From positions 21,003 to 85,002 of the forward strand of contig CAVXVG010000036.1 of NCBI GenBank assembly GCA_963765145.1: a stretch of DNA of 64,000 nt, written 5' to 3'. Every line of letters begins with the position of its first letter. The first letter of the stretch is position 1. Both the position numbers and the translations under genes were made by a program. Source of the stretch: Parachlamydiales bacterium (GTDB lineage: Bacteria; Chlamydiota; Chlamydiia; Chlamydiales; JAJFMK01). The notes beneath the pieces were generated by a model that saw nothing but the letters and a program-made list of their open reading frames with translations, had not been told where the DNA came from and did no database searches. Positions 59,242 to 64,000 of the stretch are shown here, one piece after another.

Positions 59242-60135
59242 TTATATGCGGAGAAAAAAGTCTTCGGGCAGGGGCGCCGAAAAAGAGAGGCTCATCCCGG
59301 TGATCGGGTGGGCAAACGCAAGCGTTTCCGCATGCAAAAGTTGTCTACCTTCTCCTGCCTTCCCATACAAAGCATCAAAGACAACAGGGCTGCCGACATG
59401 CTTCAAATGTACCCTAATTTGGTGAGTACGGCCTGTTTTTGGAAAGGCTCTGACCAAAGAATAAGGTTCAGAATGAATCAATGTTTCAAAACGTGTTTCG
59501 GCCTCTTTTCCAGTGGCAATAACAGCCATTTTTTGTCTGTTTTTGGGGTCGCGCCCAATAGAGGCCTGCACAAGTTGGTTTTTGGGACGACCATGCACAA
59601 TGGCTAGATACTGTTTTTGGACTTGCCGGCTTGCAAAGGCCTCAACCAGCCTGCAATGGGCCTCTTCGGTCTTAGCAGTCACCATGACACCCGATGTGTC
59701 TTTATCAAGCCTATGGACAATGCCGGGCCGCAACGTTTCACTTTGAGGAAGAGCTTTACAATGGTAAAGCAACCCTTGGACCAAAGTGCCGGTCCAATTG
59801 CCGGCCCCTGGATGAACAACGAGCCCTGCAGGTTTATTTAAAACAAGCAAGTGAGGGTCTTCAAAAAGGATATTTAATGGAATGGGTTCAGGGGTCAGGT
59901 CAGGAAGTTCAGGCAAAGGAAATTCCACTTCGACCTCATCCCCTTCTTTCAGCTTTTCCCGCTTTTTCAACTGCAATCCATTGACCAGGACAAGCCCTTT
60001 GTCAATGAGCCTTTGGATGGAAGTGCGGGATGTTGAAAAACGTTTGGCAAGGAGGAGATCTAAACGAAGAGCCGCTTCATCTTGTTCGACCAAAAAAGTC
60101 TCTTCGGCAAGGTTAGACCTCTCTCGAAACTTCAT
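59242..60135 (-). CDS. rluD: RluD-family pseudouridine synthase
   Basis: S4 domain (RLD), NKPAGLVVHP, HRLDKDTSG and TGRTHQIRVH. The first plausible ATG (60135) lies in a repeat, so the start is uncertain. Confidence 0.9.
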   Translation of the reverse strand: MKFRERSNLAEETFLVEQDEAALRLDLLLAKRFSTSRTSIQRLIDKGLVLVNGLQLKKREKLKEGDEVEVEFPLPELPDLTPEPIPLNILFEDPHLLVLNKPAGLVVHPGAGNWTGTLVQGLLYHCKALPQSETLRPGIVHRLDKDTSGVMVTAKTEEAHCRLVEAFASRQVQKQYLAIVHGRPKNQLVQASIGRDPKNRQKMAVIATGKEAETRFETLIHSEPYSLVRAFPKTGRTHQIRVHLKHVGSPVVFDALYGKAGEGRQLLHAETLAFAHPITGMSLSFSAPLPEDFFLRI

Positions 60136-60277
60136 TTGCTCACTAAAACTGCGCTTTTTGGCGGATTCGTCTCCAAATTTTTCGGCAATATGTGAACATA
60201 TTTCCTCAAAATTTGAAGGCGAATCCGCGGAAAAATCATCAGTTTTTTTGAGCAAAGCAAGTTCCGAAAGAGATCTA
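60114..60277 (-). mobile_element. RPE-like palindromic element (family B), copy 3
   Basis: The reverse complement aligns along its whole length with 35326-35487. Confidence 0.87.
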
Positions 60278-60278
60278 T

Positions 60279-60521
60279 TCAAGAACGGTCTTCCCCTTCT
60301 CTCATCGCAGCCTTGATCCGATCGCTGCCTCTTTTGGCTTCTCGGCAAATTTCGCGCGCCATCATTTCCATCATGCTGTCATAAACTTTAGGAGCCCCTT
60401 TTTTCAACGAAGCAACATCAGAAAAGCCACCGGCTGCCGGTTCAGATGGCCGTGTCGAAGTGGCAAGCTCTTCAAATTTTGGGGTATGTTCTTCTCTGAC
60501 AGGTTGGATCTGTTCCGACAT
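60279..60521 (-). CDS. Small hypothetical protein, paralog of 60575-60886
   Basis: AGGAG RBS. Shared FS..A..K..AP.VY..MM...A..IC motif. Confidence 0.75.
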   Translation of the reverse strand: MSEQIQPVREEHTPKFEELATSTRPSEPAAGGFSDVASLKKGAPKVYDSMMEMMAREICREAKRGSDRIKAAMREGEDRS

Positions 60522-60574
60522 AGCTACAACTCCTATAAACTAAGAAGTGTAGCAAAATTAAAGATTATTTTGAA

Positions 60575-60886
60575 TCACGGATTGTTATCGGCACCCTCTT
60601 GCATCGCTTCAACGATCAGGTTGCTCCAGTCTTGAGAGTCGTTACAGATATTCATCGCAATCGACTGCATCATCGCTTTGTAAACAACAGGCGCTTTAGC
60701 TTTAAAATCTGCCATAGAAGAAAAGTTAGCAGATCCCCCACCCCCCGCAGCAGCTGCAGCGGCAGCAGTTGGGGTAGACGTTGGCGATGTAGGGGATGTC
60801 GGTGTAATGGATGTAGTGGTGGGCGTAGTAACGGTGCTTGCATTGCTTGCAGGTACCGGTGTTGGTGTTTGGGCAGCAGATGACAT
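60575..60886 (-). CDS. Small protein with a Thr/Pro/Ser-rich N-terminus, paralog of 60279-60521
   Basis: Same C-terminal motif; low-complexity N-terminus. Confidence 0.75.
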   Translation of the reverse strand: MSSAAQTPTPVPASNASTVTTPTTTSITPTSPTSPTSTPTAAAAAAAGGGGSANFSSMADFKAKAPVVYKAMMQSIAMNICNDSQDWSNLIVEAMQEGADNNP

Positions 60887-60915
60887 AATAAACTAACCCT
60901 CATGTTATAAATTAA

Positions 60916-61335
60916 TTATAACACGGAAAGTATTAGTTCTATGTTAAAGCCTCTCCTTTGTAGCCTTTGAAAAAGGCGCTGTTTCTCTCGGGGATCCTCT
61001 AAATCACCCCTAAACTTCTTAATTTCAGCCTCTAACCCGGTTTTTTCCCCATCCTGCACCCGTTCTTTAAGCTTGGGTAATAGGGAAAGCAGCCCTTTGG
61101 CATGCAAATAATAGCCTAGGGCGCCAGAGCCCCTCCCTTTTCTGACAAATGCATCTATATAGCTATTTTCCCAGGCCTCGTCGTCCAGGTAGCCCAGTTT
61201 TTGCAGCTTTTCGACCACTTCGGCGATATCCCCTGGCTCTACCCCCTTCTCCTTCAGTTTCTTAGCCAGTTCCAAGGAATGGTACCCCTTTCTCGCCAAC
61301 ATCCGCAGCGCCGTCTCCAAATTTTTATCTACCAT
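60916..61335 (-). CDS. recX: Regulatory protein RecX
   Basis: ALRMLARK.YHS.EL..KL..KG, GYLDD and LQRRGF. Confidence 0.85.
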   Translation of the reverse strand: MVDKNLETALRMLARKGYHSLELAKKLKEKGVEPGDIAEVVEKLQKLGYLDDEAWENSYIDAFVRKGRGSGALGYYLHAKGLLSLLPKLKERVQDGEKTGLEAEIKKFRGDLEDPREKQRLFQRLQRRGFNIELILSVL

Positions 61336-61463
61336 AATGTCCTCAAACAAAAGCATACCCGTTCTTTATCAACAGCGCAAAGCAGTTGCAGGTTTTAACC
61401 TGCCAACTCGTGTTAATTTAAATTTAACAGTTCTGGCTGACACTGAGTGAAGTGAGGTGGGCT

Positions 61464-62933
61464 ATGTCAGTTACAGAGGCAGGTGGGACAAGCGGACGTA
61501 GGGACGCTTATGACCTCCAATCAACAAGTGCACACGTGCAAAAGGGGTGGTCAGGTTTTGGCTTTGAGGTGACAGAGATCACTAAAAGCAGCAGCATGAA
61601 AGAGAAGATGACCGCTTTTTTCAAGAATTTCGCTTCTATTCGGATCAAAGCTGATGATGGAACCTATCTTTTCTTGAAGCCAGATAGCGATCTAAGCAGG
61701 GAGCTTTTAAGTGTTTATAAAAAGGGAGGTAAAAAAGCGCTGGATAACGCTGTGAAGCTTTTGGAGCCGAAACTCAACAATTATCGATCAAAAGGCTGCT
61801 TGCGAGATCCTTAAACGCAACAAGGGGAAAGATTCGCAGCTTAAAAGAGCAGCGGCAGAGAAGCTTTTAGGTAGCAATGAGCAATTTCAGAATGAGAGTT
61901 TTTTGATCATTCGAGGGGAACACAAAACCGGCCAGTCAAAACTCCAAGTTTTTCACCTCGATTCTAAGTGGAAGATTGGTGAAGGGGGCTTCAATCGTAT
62001 CTTTATAATCAAAGAAGAGGTGTTTGGCAAGCATTCACAAAGACAAACTTGCTGTAGTCAAACAAGCAAAAGAGGAGGCTCATGCGCTTAGCGAAGTGCC
62101 CACATTGAAGCTGATTGCAGAACTCGAAGAAAGCGATGGTAAGGAAATGCCTAAACATTTTCCGAAATTGCCAAAAGCAGAAGGTGTAGGGGTGCAGTAC
62201 ATCAAATACCAAAACAAGGGTGACCTGTTCAACTTGGTCAAAATGCGCGTGTCTCCAAAAGAGAGATTTAAGGCGATCGAGCGGGGTGATGAAGGGCCTT
62301 CATGATGCCAAACGGATTGGAGTTGCTCACTTAGACCTGAAATTAGAGAATTTTTTTGCTGGCAAGGCAAAATCTGGAGAATTGAAGAAGCGGTCGCTGA
62401 CTTTGATCAAGTGAATATTTTTCCAGCATTCGACAAAGTAGATGCCCAGATGGCGAGGAAAATGCTCGCAGTAATGGGTGATGGGAGCATAGCTTTTGCT
62501 GCTAATGCACTTACCCACACAGAGTATGAAAAATTATTTGAGCTGCGAAAGAAGGTTATCAAGGGACTTGAGGCGATTGCCGCAAATCGGATGCCTGCAG
62601 AGGATTTGGCCGACTTTAAAGAGCAATACAACGAATTAAAAACGCATATCGAAAAAATGCAGGTGATGCAGATGGGCATTGCTTTGGGAGAAGCTTTGCT
62701 GGGGGGTTTCTTTGCTCGCGACTGTGGTATTCGTGTACGGAAAGGTATCATCGTGGAAACGATGAAGCGGGTAGATCTAGAAGCGGCTATAGACTTTCGA
62801 TTTGGCCCTGACCATTTTGCAAAGGAAGACATGATCGATCTTTTGGTGGGGATGTTAGAGATCGAAATTAACGGGGCGATTCACCGCAGAAAAGGCCATG
62901 GACGCATACGAAAAAGTCGCTAATCAATTGTAG
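61464..62933 (+). pseudogene. Ser/Thr kinase paralog of 36189-37580, broken by about five frameshifts
   Basis: Successive frames match the intact paralog (FLKPDSDL, KLQVFHL, HLDLKLENFF, KVDAQMA, QVMQMG, RFTAEKAMDAY). Confidence 0.85.
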
Positions 62934-62969
62934 CTAAGGATCTACCATACTGTCCTCAAGCTAGATGAA

Positions 62970-63050
62970 GCGAAAGCGTTTGGAGTGCGAAACTCTCGGT
63001 TGTGCTTTGACTTTCAAAAAGTGAAAGCACAACCGAGAGTTTCGCACTCC
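62970..63050. repeat. Palindromic element, family C, copy 4 (right end truncated)
   Basis: GGAGTGCGAAACTCTCGGTTGTGCTTT / AAAGCACAACCGAGAGTTTCGCACTCC. Confidence 0.85.
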
Positions 63051-63130
63051 TGAGTAAGTCTCTTAAAATACAAAACTCTTAAACCTGAGAAAAACCTCTG
63101 TGATCTCTCGAGTCCTCTGTGGTTGAATAT

Positions 63131-63671
63131 TGGGTCCGGTTCACCCACATAGGTAACACTTTGATTCACCCACATGGGTAACACTTTTGTCAAAATATTT
63201 ATAATCTAAGGCCAAAAAACTTCAAGAATCTGGAGAGTTCGATGGCCTGGAGGATGGATCAAAGTGGAAGATCAAAGAAAAGAGCTCGTTCAGGCCTATC
63301 TTGAAGGTAAGATGCCGATGACAGAATTGTGCAAACTCCGCAGGGTAAGCAGAAAAACTGCTTACAAGTGGTGCAATAGATATTTAAATCATGGGCCAGA
63401 AGAAACGTTTAAGGACCTTTCAAGAGCTTCAGAGACATAACTCTAGTACTATTTATAGCGATGAGATCATTGAAGCTGAAACGTAGAAAATGGGGGCCTA
63501 AAAGATTTTGTGGGAATTAGAAAAGGGTGCCTTACCGACATCGATTGGCCTTCAAAAACAAGATTGTATGAAATTTTCAAAGAACATCATCTTATTAAGC
63601 CGAAGAGATTAAGGAGACGAGTTCCTGCAACACATCCGCTAGGCGAGATGATTAAATGCAATGACGTCTGA
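63131..63671 (+). mobile_element. IS481-like insertion sequence remnant
   Basis: 23-bp direct repeats at 63140-63162 / 63165-63187. Frameshifted ORF from ATG 63242 (VEDQRKELV..ELCKLRRVSRKTAYKW..RY, WGPK, NDV*). No integrase core. Confidence 0.75.
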
Positions 63672-63802
63672 GCATTTTCACGGCGAAGCCTTTTTATCTT
63701 TTACTTTTTATCAAAAGAACTTTTTTAACCGAAGCTTATCCTGTTCATCCTGTTAGTTTCATGTTATAACCAAAATGCCCTTAGGTTAATGCCGTAGCCT
63801 AT

Positions 63803-64000
63803 TTAAAATAACTCTTTCTGTTCTTTGCCCATGGTCATGCGGCTGACGGGCGGCTGGCGAGGCGTATCCCTTTAGCCGAAACTCCCTTCAGCGAAATAGT
63901 CTCGACCGGCCCCTCAATTATGGGTCGCCATTCCCACCGCAATCCCATCGACCCCTTGCAATAAGATAAGCGGTATTTGGCAGAAAGGCGAACAGGCTCA
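63803..64000 (-). pseudogene. parC: DNA topoisomerase IV / gyrase subunit A fragment with internal deletion
   Basis: The minus strand reads EPVRLSAK/IPLILLQGVDGIAVGMATH, then jumps to a C-terminal-like SLKGVSAKGIRL.../MTMGKEQKELF*. Confidence 0.7.

Noticed and set aside
59882..60316. Long antisense ORFs such as 59882-60316, 17808-18341 and 14774-15229
   Set aside because: They are shadow frames opposite well-supported genes and have no motifs.
63140..63187. 23-bp direct repeats as a CRISPR array
   Set aside because: Only two copies with a 2-bp gap, directly upstream of a transposase remnant; better explained as IS end repeats.
63830..63960. GC-rich stretch that looked like a riboswitch or ribozyme
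   Set aside because: It translates on the minus strand as ParC/GyrA motifs (GIAVGMAT), and no riboswitch consensus fits.

Overview
A 64-kb chromosomal segment that most likely comes from an environmental chlamydia (phylum Chlamydiota). The assignment is inferred from the dapB-dapA-dapL cluster, a DUF2608-like HAD protein, a SycD/LcrH-like chaperone and the lptB-kdsA / khpA-rluD-parC neighbourhood. Housekeeping genes are uvrC, rlmN, dnaG, recD2, dapBAL, tamAB, truA, two marC, hemL, nfeD/floA, yggS, two ndk, lptB, kdsA, tRNA-Arg(TCT), khpA, rluD and recX. They alternate with many candidate host-directed effectors: a Sel1 protein, an Inc-like lipase, Ser/Thr kinases, a CX5R phosphatase with a LIR-like motif, an FFAT-like protein and a signal-peptide Ndk. 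The most striking non-coding feature is about 20 palindromic miniature elements from at least six families. One ~163-bp family has Rickettsia-RPE-like ends and sits inside operons next to translation starts. Other elements supply gene ends, and one locus is a nested stack. At 44.5-46.7 kb a tandem two-allele cassette has constant N-termini and unrelated C-termini. The last ~2.6 kb holds a kinase paralog, an IS481-like remnant and an internally deleted parC; it is heavily indel-damaged and may be decay or poor consensus sequence. No CRISPR array, rRNA or intact transposase was seen.
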